In this document: positions 1 to 8,836 of the stretch, one piece after another | How the letters are laid out: every line of letters starts with the position of its first letter | Numbering within the stretch: position 1 is the stretch's first letter | Source: a virus | IMG/VR virus record: IMGVR_UViG_3300048014_000015 | Span: 1-64,000 of that record | Reading direction: 5' to 3' (one strand) | DNA length: 64,000 nt | Translations under genes and position numbers: made by a program | The notes under the pieces: model-generated | Database searches by the model: none | What the model was told of the DNA's origin: nothing | The model's input: only the letters and a program-made list of their open reading frames with translations

Positions 1-200
1 TCAGCAATAGACTGAAATCTTGCTGATCGACCACCTAAATCATTAAATACTGGTATTTCGTACTGTTCTTGACGTTGTTTAGGTGCGGTAACGTGAGTAC
101 CAAGGAAATAACCTACACTACTATTTGATCCAACAATTGCTACAGGAAACGTTACATAGTGTAGTATCGGACCCGGCGTGAACAGAGCATTAACCGCCAT
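1..200 (-). CDS. hypothetical protein, N-terminal part only (runs off window start)
   Basis: ATG at 200..198 (MAVNALFTPGPILHYVTFPVAIVG...) stays open to position 1. Absent from the ORF track because it is truncated. Same strand as the head genes. Confidence 0.5.
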   Translation of the reverse strand, partial: MAVNALFTPGPILHYVTFPVAIVGSNSSVGYFLGTHVTAPKQRQEQYEIPVFNDLGGRSARFQSIA

Positions 201-340
201 ATATTATCCCCTATATTATTATAGCAGTATTACTTAACCAGGATAACAAGGTGGTAATGGGAATCCATTGGGTGCTGTTTTTCTATGGAAAGAAAATTAC
301 AACTATATAAAGATTATTATTGTCCACCACCATTTTGTTA

Positions 341-943
341 TTAAGAAGGTGGTCCTGGAGGGTAATAATACGGATTAATACCATATCCGCCTAATCCCGG
401 TAGGATATTATTACCGAAATATCTTTGTGTTACTTGTGTTACATCTGGTCCACCAAATGGTACGAATGGGGTCATGTACGCTAATCCAGGTAAACCAGCT
501 TGAGGGACATTAGGAACCATTGCAAAAATTCTATCACCCCTACGTAATTGCTCTATATACTGCATTGCTTCAGTATAGGCATCACTAATCATTTTATTAG
601 CTGTTACCGGTCTACTTCTCCTCTTTAGGATCGGTCCCATTGATAATCCAGCGGTAATATTAATAAGTAAATTACCACCATAAGTTTGTAAATCTGTAAC
701 AGCATATCGAGCACCAACAGCAGCAGCAGACATTAAAAATTCAGAGGCATCACCTATAAGGTTTTGTAAGAGGAGTGCAGGACCAGTATAAGGCAGTGGA
801 AATACTGGATCAGTAAGCTGGGCAATTGTAGCTGATTGCCCGTTATCCAGGATGTTCATCCCGATCCATCTACCATCAAATCTATTTAATACGTCCTGAT
901 TTAAGCAAAATAGTAGTTGATTTTGTGCCATAGGAATAACCAT
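341..943 (-). CDS. hypothetical protein (head/neck region)
   Basis: 200-aa ORF directly downstream of the putative capsid gene on the same strand. No recognisable motif. Confidence 0.6.
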   Translation of the reverse strand: MVIPMAQNQLLFCLNQDVLNRFDGRWIGMNILDNGQSATIAQLTDPVFPLPYTGPALLLQNLIGDASEFLMSAAAVGARYAVTDLQTYGGNLLINITAGLSMGPILKRRSRPVTANKMISDAYTEAMQYIEQLRRGDRIFAMVPNVPQAGLPGLAYMTPFVPFGGPDVTQVTQRYFGNNILPGLGGYGINPYYYPPGPPS

Positions 944-967
944 CCGGCAAAACAGTAATACGATTTT

Positions 968-2062
968 TCAAAAGTAGAGGCTCGTGATTAATCCGCAAGT
1001 TTCGGGTGCCACTATCGACATTCCGTAAGTTTCGTATATACCTAATTTAGTAAATTGATCCCATTTTAGGTATTCAGATTTTGTAACCATTTCTTGACCA
1101 CGATATACAAACATGTGACAGCTACTAAATCCGCTATTCACCTGTCCAACATTACTACCCAATGCACCCGGTAAAGCTAGGATGAGTGCAGTGTTATAGT
1201 TCATAATATCACTATAACTACCGGGTACGACCATACGACTGGTAAGAGTCTGTAAGGTGGGGTCGATAATCAATTCTAATCCATATAACTTATTCGGCAT
1301 TGACCATTCACCATTCTGAGATTCCTTATCACCCCTAATTTGGGCTTCAGCGAACACGCTACGAGCTAAGTACGAATGCATTTCAGCACTAGCACCAGCA
1401 ATAATAGCTGCATCAGGGTCAATAATTATCGCTAAATCTTTGTAACTAACAGTAGCTAGCGAATCTTTTCTAATTTGGTTAGATAAGTTAAGAACACTAC
1501 GTTTAATTATAGGATTAGTTTCCGAACCTTGTGCCCATCCACCACCGGATTGACCGTTAAGACTGCTCCACTGGGTAGAGGTCATAACGTGGGTAGAAAG
1601 GTGATTAACGGGATTGAGCATTAAGCTATAAAATACAGATGCTCTAAGAGTCATCATCATATGACCTAATGCATCTATTTTAGTATCTTCAATCGGCCAT
1701 ACAGCCTGTTCTTTTACCTGTTCTCCCAGATAATCAGGCATTGCAATTCTATAACACTGAAAAGCTACCGACCTAAAATCTTGTGCATTATGGTTACCGG
1801 TCGGAAATGGCTGTCCATCAACCCAAATATAGTTATTAGGTTGTTGGAAAATACGAGCTAATGATTCAGGACGTAATACTAACCAAAACCCTGATAGGTT
1901 TTGTGTAGGTGTTCTAGTTACTACCCTATTTACTGCAAATTTTTTATAATCCCTAGCATAACTAACAATAAGGCGAGCCATCGCCTTACCATCGTTAAGA
2001 TTGGGAATATATACATCATATGGACCCGGTAAACCAGTTGTATTCGGAAAAAAGGTTGCCAT
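968..2062 (-). CDS. putative major capsid protein (positional call)
   Basis: 364-aa ORF after the scaffold-like gene and a small head gene. Size is typical of HK97-fold coat proteins. No family motif recognised by eye. Confidence 0.45.
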   Translation of the reverse strand: MATFFPNTTGLPGPYDVYIPNLNDGKAMARLIVSYARDYKKFAVNRVVTRTPTQNLSGFWLVLRPESLARIFQQPNNYIWVDGQPFPTGNHNAQDFRSVAFQCYRIAMPDYLGEQVKEQAVWPIEDTKIDALGHMMMTLRASVFYSLMLNPVNHLSTHVMTSTQWSSLNGQSGGGWAQGSETNPIIKRSVLNLSNQIRKDSLATVSYKDLAIIIDPDAAIIAGASAEMHSYLARSVFAEAQIRGDKESQNGEWSMPNKLYGLELIIDPTLQTLTSRMVVPGSYSDIMNYNTALILALPGALGSNVGQVNSGFSSCHMFVYRGQEMVTKSEYLKWDQFTKLGIYETYGMSIVAPETCGLITSLYF

Positions 2063-2112
2063 TGTACTACTTCCTTATAGGTTAGATAAAGATCAATATA
2101 TTTATTTAGAAA

Positions 2113-2550
2113 TTAGAAGTTATATTCACCAAATAGTACCTGACAACGAATTAATGTGCCCGCTACTCCACCTTCTAATGCCCTAGCCCCTACCCATTGC
2201 TGACCACCACCAATAACAACTGGTTTAGCATATCCCGAAGCATCACTAGATAACATTTGATTCGGCAGACAGGTTTGACCACTACCAACAACCACCATTG
2301 CGTTCATATCGAACTGTTCGTATACCCTGATAGGATTACCCGACGCAGCAGCGGGATATCCTTGAGGGGTAAAAGCTGTTTGCCAGCTAGTACCCATCAT
2401 ATTATTTGTCCATTCGGCAGCTACACCGATAATCGGTACGCCACCCCCCGTACATTGGAGTGCTCCAAATGGTACGTTTGGTGCATCCTGAATGAATGTG
2501 AATGGGTTGATAGTCCCCATTGCAATTCTTGAACTACTATTACCTTCCAT
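2113..2550 (-). CDS. hypothetical small head protein (possible decoration/auxiliary)
   Basis: 145-aa Gly-rich ORF between the scaffold-like and capsid-like genes. TTTAACCTATAG motif lies 8 nt upstream of the ATG. Confidence 0.5.
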   Translation of the reverse strand: MEGNSSSRIAMGTINPFTFIQDAPNVPFGALQCTGGGVPIIGVAAEWTNNMMGTSWQTAFTPQGYPAAASGNPIRVYEQFDMNAMVVVGSGQTCLPNQMLSSDASGYAKPVVIGGGQQWVGARALEGGVAGTLIRCQVLFGEYNF

Positions 2551-2597
2551 TTAATTACCTATAGGTTAAATTGCAAAGGGAAACCACAAATCAGTCA

Positions 2598-4721
2598 TTA
2601 TCGAATACCGTACTTCTTACGACAGTATTTAATAGCCTCTTGACGAGATTTACCACTTGCCTGAATATTGGCAAATTCATTAATAGCTTCAAATGATCCG
2701 TGACTACCTAACCTATCTTCAAAATCATCGTCTACTTCTTCTGATGGTTGCTGTCCTGCAATATCAGTTTGGGTTCTGGAGTAACGAGCTACAGAAGCTA
2801 CATTAGGGGCACTACGTTTAGTTAGGTCGGGACGACGACGAGCATAACACATACGCATTTCTTCAATTTTATCTTTTACGTAAGTATCTGGTTGTCCTTC
2901 ATCTCCCGAATCTTCATCATGTAAATAAGCTAACGTTAATTCTTCTAAACGCTGATATTTAATCTTGTCGGAAACTTCTGGAGTATTGCCGAACATTACC
3001 CCTTCCGATTCCAATTGATTAATATCTGCTTCAGCTTTCATTCGTGATAGCTGAATTCTTAAGTCTTGAATAATCCTATCGCGTTTATCTTCTTTTTTCT
3101 GCATACGTGTAGGCATTTTATTACCTCTAGACATTTGATGGGAAGGGTGATGATTTTTGTTGCCTTTAGGAAAATTAGGAATATATCCGCTAGATGGTCC
3201 AGGCATACCCGTAGAATGTGTCATACCAGCATCCATTTTTACTGGTTTTTCCCCATGCATTGAGCGTTGGTCTTCATCTGGTTCTTCTTCCTCTGGTTCA
3301 CCTTCTTCTTCTGGTTGTCCACCACCCAAATCTGTTGCTGGTGGTGGCATTTCTTCACCACCTTCGGGACCACCAGCACCACCCATTTCCTGTTCCTCCC
3401 CCATCAAATTTTGTAGCATTCCTTTAATTTGATCTATACCGGAAGACATTTCTTTCCATTGTTTGGATTGAAATACCTTAGCTAACACTGGGTCGTCATT
3501 AATATCTTCTCCACCCATTTCGTCGTGTTCGTCTTCATCCGGAATAGACTCTTCTCCACCGTCATAATCGTGTTCGTTTCCCGCACCATATCTACTGGGG
3601 TTTTCCTCATCCACCGTACCATCATCTTGTTCGTATTCACTATATTTGTGTGGAATACGTTCTTTAGGTATATATTCTCCACGACCATATTTACTGGACA
3701 TATTACTATTCCGTGAGTTGTGGAAAGGAGGGAGTTTACGCCTTTCTCTACGATCATCTACATATTTTTTATCTGACATTTCTTTAGCTTGCTTATCTGC
3801 TATCTCTTTAGCTCGTTTTTTCTCTGCTGAATTCATTCTTTCTAAATCTTCTGGTGAGTACTGATCTTCATCATCATTATCGTCGTCATCCTCACCTTCA
3901 GCATATTTAGATGGTTTACCTTTTTTGGACTCATCAATAGCAATCGCTATAGCTTGTTTATGGGAAGTAACTTTAGGACCGTGTTTAGACCCGGAATGTA
4001 GTTCGCCATTTTTAAATTCATGCATTACTTTATGTACTTTACCATTCTTAGAGTTACGTCTTTCTGCGTACTTATGTGTAGGTTTATTATCATCAATATA
4101 GTACGTCTCGATGGAGTAGTTCCTGTGACTAGAGAAACGGATCACCTGCCCTTCGTGGTTAGAGTTATCCGAGTCCGATCTAGTAGTCCGAATACCAGAA
4201 CTAGCCACATTCCCTACACCCATCGAGACGTGGTTCAACCTACTTTGCCGTAATACAACTCCTAAATCTCTTTCGGGAGAACTACCACCCAGCATTGCGA
4301 TAGGATCAATATCTTTTTTATTCCACCACAATTCTACCGACCGTCTTGGATATTCTTCTACTAAGTGTGCCTTATTGGGACGTAACTTATAGTCCCCACG
4401 AATTGCATATATAATCTGTCCATCTGCTCTACGTTTAAATGGTTTAACCCTATAATTAACTACGAATCCTTGAGCGGGTTTTTCAGGTGCCCTTGGATCG
4501 TCAGACGTGTGACCTAATATTAGTGTAGCTGGATCACCGGTCTCATATACTTTACGATTATTATTTTGTGCTATTTCTTCTAATACTTCCTTACCCACAT
4601 ATGCTACTGGTTCTCCCTCTTCATTCGTCATCTCGTGTTCATCGAGTAACGGTACGTCAGGAATTGTTACCCATTTTTGAGGGTTATCAAAATCGTATTT
4701 TGCTGCTGCTCCCCAATTCAT
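2598..4721 (-). CDS. putative head scaffolding/maturation protein with a long acidic, His/Lys-rich disordered region
   Basis: 707 aa. Globular N-terminal ~170 aa, then low-complexity stretches (EGEDDDDNDDEDQ, EEEGEPEEEEPDED). Position is upstream of the capsid gene. Functional call is positional only. Confidence 0.4.
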   Translation of the reverse strand: MNWGAAAKYDFDNPQKWVTIPDVPLLDEHEMTNEEGEPVAYVGKEVLEEIAQNNNRKVYETGDPATLILGHTSDDPRAPEKPAQGFVVNYRVKPFKRRADGQIIYAIRGDYKLRPNKAHLVEEYPRRSVELWWNKKDIDPIAMLGGSSPERDLGVVLRQSRLNHVSMGVGNVASSGIRTTRSDSDNSNHEGQVIRFSSHRNYSIETYYIDDNKPTHKYAERRNSKNGKVHKVMHEFKNGELHSGSKHGPKVTSHKQAIAIAIDESKKGKPSKYAEGEDDDDNDDEDQYSPEDLERMNSAEKKRAKEIADKQAKEMSDKKYVDDRRERRKLPPFHNSRNSNMSSKYGRGEYIPKERIPHKYSEYEQDDGTVDEENPSRYGAGNEHDYDGGEESIPDEDEHDEMGGEDINDDPVLAKVFQSKQWKEMSSGIDQIKGMLQNLMGEEQEMGGAGGPEGGEEMPPPATDLGGGQPEEEGEPEEEEPDEDQRSMHGEKPVKMDAGMTHSTGMPGPSSGYIPNFPKGNKNHHPSHQMSRGNKMPTRMQKKEDKRDRIIQDLRIQLSRMKAEADINQLESEGVMFGNTPEVSDKIKYQRLEELTLAYLHDEDSGDEGQPDTYVKDKIEEMRMCYARRRPDLTKRSAPNVASVARYSRTQTDIAGQQPSEEVDDDFEDRLGSHGSFEAINEFANIQASGKSRQEAIKYCRKKYGIR

Positions 4722-4753
4722 TTTATAATCTTCTAGATTTATTACCTATAAAG

Positions 4754-4862
4754 AATCTGAGTTAGGGCACAAACAAAAAAAGTACCCACGGTCACGGTCC
4801 GTGAGTACCTTAGTGTTTGGAATTCTAACGTTAGCTAGACGTAGAACGCCCTAACTCAGATT
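4754..4862. repeat. 15-bp perfect inverted repeat (4754-4768 / 4848-4862) enclosing the terminator
   Basis: aatctgagttagggc ... gccctaactcagatt with a 79-nt spacer. The spacer also contains the palindrome ctaacgttag. Confidence 0.8.
4775..4808 (-). terminator. rho-independent terminator (minus strand)
   Basis: Minus-sense GTACTCACGG-ACCGTGA-CCGTGGGTAC hairpin (10 bp, one mismatch) followed by T7 (A-run 4775-4781 on plus). Lies downstream of the 4928..5374 stop. Confidence 0.7.
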
Positions 4863-4927
4863 ACTTTAAGTATATTATTTATCTTATTTTTAGATTGTCA
4901 AGAGAATTTATTCTATAAATATAAAAT

Positions 4928-5374
4928 TTATTCTGGTTCACCTACAGGACTTTCAATTAGCCATTCATGCGAGTTTCCGGGATTTATTTCTCCACTCTGA
5001 TATAAACCATATTTCCACGGTAATCTAAATCTTGTTGGATCACGTTTCCATGTTTGAAGTTTACCAGATACACGAACTGGATGGGCTTCCCCCCTCCTAT
5101 TACGGGAAGTTCTATGGAAAAACGGCCCTAGTGATTTATTGTTTGCTAATCTCTCTTCTAATATCTTTTTTGTAACACTAGGTATAGCTAATACCCTTTG
5201 GGTAGGTGATAGACCTATATGTAAATCACCGTCGTAGTTTCTTAATCTATCTAATACTTTAGGATGTACTGTAGGATCATTATCCTCTAACCAATCTGCA
5301 AACACTTTTCTAGTAGTAATATCGTTAGGTTCTTTAATTAGTTTATCTATAAATGCTTGTCGATCTTCTCTCAT
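4928..5374 (-). CDS. TIGR02996-like (repeat-companion) domain protein
   Basis: N-terminus reads ...NDITTRKVFADWLEDNDP..., matching the D-x-x-x-R-L-V-[FY]-A-D-W-L-E-E-x-G-D-P signature. Confidence 0.7.
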   Translation of the reverse strand: MREDRQAFIDKLIKEPNDITTRKVFADWLEDNDPTVHPKVLDRLRNYDGDLHIGLSPTQRVLAIPSVTKKILEERLANNKSLGPFFHRTSRNRRGEAHPVRVSGKLQTWKRDPTRFRLPWKYGLYQSGEINPGNSHEWLIESPVGEPE

Positions 5375-7724
5375 GTTTTTTGACTTGACGAGCTAACTTA
5401 CGCCTAGGATTAATAAATTTACTATTTAAATTAGGGATTATTTCACCACCCTTATACTGACTACCCCTCACAATTATCCCACCCTTTGGTGCCCTATAAG
5501 CAGAGTTCTTTACCGGTTCTTCTGGTTCTTCCGGTTCCCCATCTGTAAGATTAAAATCCTCATCTGGGTTGTGCCATTCACCTATTTCTTCTGGATTCCG
5601 TCCCTTTGGATATGATTTATGACCTTGTTTTTTACCATTGTACCACTTCTTCTTGTCACCTTTATTTAATCCATCTGATGAAGCATATTTTTTGAGAGAA
5701 GGAATAGCCATAAGGTCTATGAGGTGGGTTCTGGATTTACGTTGTATAGGTGGCCACACCCTTTTAGTAGGTTTAGGGATATTAGGTGTAGGCTTATTAG
5801 TTCTACGTCTAAAATTTGTTATATGTATGTTGGCTTCTTCTGGTGAGATACCGTGTTTTTCTACTAAATAGTCCTTTAGGTTATTAGGTGCGGACCAACC
5901 TAATTCATTATGTTCGGCAATACTTTTATATATATCATTTCTATTAGGGTATGGTTTTCTTTTTACCCTAACCTCTGGAGGTATAATGTGAACAGGTTGA
6001 GGTAATTTAAATCCTAATTCATCAGGATTGGTTCCCGATTCTTCAGTTAATGGGAACTTTTCCGTACCCTTTAGTTCTTCATATGGAAATGCACCAGCTA
6101 ATTCTAGTGGGGTAGCGTGATGTTCTGGATTAGCTAAATCTACGTCTGTAGGATTACCAAATTGATATTGTTTATCATTAAAATGATATTGACCTAAATA
6201 ACGTACTAGACCAGCAACACCAGGAACTAGATATCTACCTAGTTGTGGATTTAGAAAGTGAGAGTGCCTACCTAATAGTCTTGCTGTTTCTATATATTTA
6301 CCTGTAATCGGATCACCAGGACCGTGAGTATTCAGGTAATTTCTAGCTACTTCCGCATATGCTGGTACATGATCCTTCATTACCCTATTCATGTAGTCCG
6401 GTTCTGATTCTCCACTACTTTTAGGAGGAACTAATCCCTCTTGTAACATTGCTCTATGAATAGCATCATTGAATACCTCATTTTCTACATGTGGTATATG
6501 TTTATTAGGTAAATATTTACCAATTATTGCATACCTTTTAATTAACCTACAACGTTTAAATTGTCCAGGTTGAATATTTGATAATACTGAATGTGTGTTT
6601 CTATTTCTAGCTCTTGGATTCCTCTCCCAAGCTGGAGTTTCATATTCTGGAACAGTATATTTTTCATTACCATGACGCCTAACAGTATTACCATCTTTAT
6701 CTACTTTCCAGTTTGTATTCTCCCTATGGTGTTCTGTTTCCGCATTACGTCTTAAAGAATCTTGAATATCTTTATAGGTATGATCTTTTAATGCTCCTGT
6801 ATGATATAGGTGCTTACGAATAGCTTCATACCATTGTTTACGTTGTTCTTCATTTACTCCACCTATACCGTGTTCAATACCATTATAAAATCTACGTTGT
6901 AATTGATGTTCTGGATGTATCCCCTTGGAAGCTTTACGAACGAACTGAGCTATAGCGGAATCTAGTGTTAATTTTTTACCAACATTATGCCAATTATATT
7001 GTGTAGCTAATTCATATGCTCGTCCTTTCTTGTTTCTATCATGTAACATTAATGCATTACGGAGTTCCACGAATTTATCTGGATAGAACGATCCACCCGC
7101 TTCTTGGGCTAATTGAGCTAAATGTTTATTAGACCCACCCAAAGATGGGTGATGTTCTATTTCATTTAGAACTATACCTAATCTGGAACCAGCTATTCCA
7201 GAAGAATAATTAGTAGTATCCCTGGCACGACTTACAGTTGTAGAAGCATATTTTTTAATTAACCTACGACGTTTAAATTGTCCAGGTTGATGGCCTAATA
7301 ACTCTGCTTGTCGTTCTAGGGGTAATTGATTAAATGCGTGTGCAGCAGCATCTTCGGCATGTTGTCTGGGACGATTAACAAATATTTTGGACTCTATACT
7401 ATTACTACCTGATAAGTGGTGTATGTAGTGTTGGTCGTGTCCTTGTACTAAATTAAGCCAATCTTTAGGGATTTCAAAATGACTTGAATCGGGTTCCAGT
7501 CCCAGTTCAAACCAAGTGTGATCTATATTAGTAGACTCTGGATCATCGATAAAATTGTATCTGTATCTATAGGGTTGCTTTTGTAATTTACCTAATGCTC
7601 GATACCCATTAGCTCTAGGATCACCACGTTCTTCTAACCAGTCAGCAAATACTAGTCTTGTATTGTGGTCATCAGGATTCTGGTCTAAGTGTCGTTGAAA
7701 GTCTTCTTCGCTAGTCATTACCAA
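5343..7724 (-). CDS. large TIGR02996-like domain protein (793 aa)
   Basis: N-terminus FQRHLDQNPDDHNTRLVFADWLEERGDPRANGYRAL. Internal repeat QPGQFKR[RC]RLIK[KR]YA occurs twice. Confidence 0.75.
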   Translation of the reverse strand: MVMTSEEDFQRHLDQNPDDHNTRLVFADWLEERGDPRANGYRALGKLQKQPYRYRYNFIDDPESTNIDHTWFELGLEPDSSHFEIPKDWLNLVQGHDQHYIHHLSGSNSIESKIFVNRPRQHAEDAAAHAFNQLPLERQAELLGHQPGQFKRRRLIKKYASTTVSRARDTTNYSSGIAGSRLGIVLNEIEHHPSLGGSNKHLAQLAQEAGGSFYPDKFVELRNALMLHDRNKKGRAYELATQYNWHNVGKKLTLDSAIAQFVRKASKGIHPEHQLQRRFYNGIEHGIGGVNEEQRKQWYEAIRKHLYHTGALKDHTYKDIQDSLRRNAETEHHRENTNWKVDKDGNTVRRHGNEKYTVPEYETPAWERNPRARNRNTHSVLSNIQPGQFKRCRLIKRYAIIGKYLPNKHIPHVENEVFNDAIHRAMLQEGLVPPKSSGESEPDYMNRVMKDHVPAYAEVARNYLNTHGPGDPITGKYIETARLLGRHSHFLNPQLGRYLVPGVAGLVRYLGQYHFNDKQYQFGNPTDVDLANPEHHATPLELAGAFPYEELKGTEKFPLTEESGTNPDELGFKLPQPVHIIPPEVRVKRKPYPNRNDIYKSIAEHNELGWSAPNNLKDYLVEKHGISPEEANIHITNFRRRTNKPTPNIPKPTKRVWPPIQRKSRTHLIDLMAIPSLKKYASSDGLNKGDKKKWYNGKKQGHKSYPKGRNPEEIGEWHNPDEDFNLTDGEPEEPEEPVKNSAYRAPKGGIIVRGSQYKGGEIIPNLNSKFINPRRKLARQVKKHERRSTSIYR

Positions 7725-8800
7725 TATCCTAATATAGTATCAAATACATTATACCACTGTTTACGACATTCTTCTTTATTCCAATTATATTGTTCTTCTA
7801 CCCTCATTCTACCATAGCTAGCAAGTTTAACCCTAAGTTCGTGATTAGTAACTAATTCTGTTAAAGAGTCATAAAAATCCAGATTATTATTACACTTTAG
7901 CCCATCAATACCATGCTGTATACAACTATATTCCCCCCAATCAGTAGCTAAGGGTACAGCACATAAAGCCCATGACTCCATAATCCGTAGATTAGACTTA
8001 CCCGCATTAAAGTTAATTGGCGATAGTGGAGCTAAATATATGTGAGGATTAATTGAACTTAGTATCTGATGGTAAGATACAAAAGGAACCATAGGCTGAT
8101 ATAATAGCCCTTTATGTAGGTATTTTCTTACAATACCTCCGTGTGGCATCATACCGGAAAATATTACTACAGCCCTATTTCCATTATTTAATCCACAATA
8201 TGTACTTAAAAACCTATCTAAAGGTTCTGTAATTTCGTCTACATCTCCCTTATGGGTTTCACTACCAACCCATACCACACGTACTGGGGTTTGTACTTTG
8301 ATGTTATATTGCTTTCCTCTACGTCCATCTAAATCTTCAAATTCTTCAGATTCTACATGAGGATACATACCTAAATCTAGTAAGTTTGGAGCTATCAGTA
8401 CTTTCTCTTTTACGTCTGAAAATGTAGTAGCTAAATACGGTGTTGATACTACAATCCAGTCAGATAGCTCTTTCATAATATCGTATACACATAATCCACC
8501 TTCATCTGGCCTAGCTGGATTCCAATTAGGAATAGTTAACCAATCATCATCAAGTGACCAAACAAATTTAGCCCCATTTCTACGAAGATGTTGAATCTCT
8601 AATAGGGTATTAGAAGCATTCTTTACATCTGGTAACCCACTAAAATAGTATACCCCTTTACCGAACGATGGTCCAGGACCAACCTCAAAATGCCAGTCTC
8701 TATCATACCTTTCGTGACAAAATCTAGCAGGTTGCAATACTCGATGGTAATTACATGCTCCATCGTTAGGGTAGAAAAAATACATAGTCTTTTTGGACAT
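7718..8800 (-). CDS. glycosyltransferase (GT-B fold, GT1/GT4-like)
   Basis: C-terminal half (GKSNLRIMESWALCAVPLAT...GIDG...LRVKLASYGRMRVEEQYNW) resembles the GT1/GT4 nucleotide-sugar binding domain. Confidence 0.6.
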   Translation of the reverse strand: MSKKTMYFFYPNDGACNYHRVLQPARFCHERYDRDWHFEVGPGPSFGKGVYYFSGLPDVKNASNTLLEIQHLRRNGAKFVWSLDDDWLTIPNWNPARPDEGGLCVYDIMKELSDWIVVSTPYLATTFSDVKEKVLIAPNLLDLGMYPHVESEEFEDLDGRRGKQYNIKVQTPVRVVWVGSETHKGDVDEITEPLDRFLSTYCGLNNGNRAVVIFSGMMPHGGIVRKYLHKGLLYQPMVPFVSYHQILSSINPHIYLAPLSPINFNAGKSNLRIMESWALCAVPLATDWGEYSCIQHGIDGLKCNNNLDFYDSLTELVTNHELRVKLASYGRMRVEEQYNWNKEECRKQWYNVFDTILGYW

Positions 8801-8836
8801 GGAAGAATCTTTCTTGAAAGAAATAACCTATATAAG

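Noticed and set aside
3066-4765. Short ORFs on both strands inside the scaffold-like gene (3066..3263, 3157..3432, 3218..3427, 3482..3757, 3525..3716, 3646..3864, 4020..4253, 4568..4765).
   Set aside because: They are nested in a 707-aa ORF. Their low-complexity translations mirror its acidic and basic repeats.
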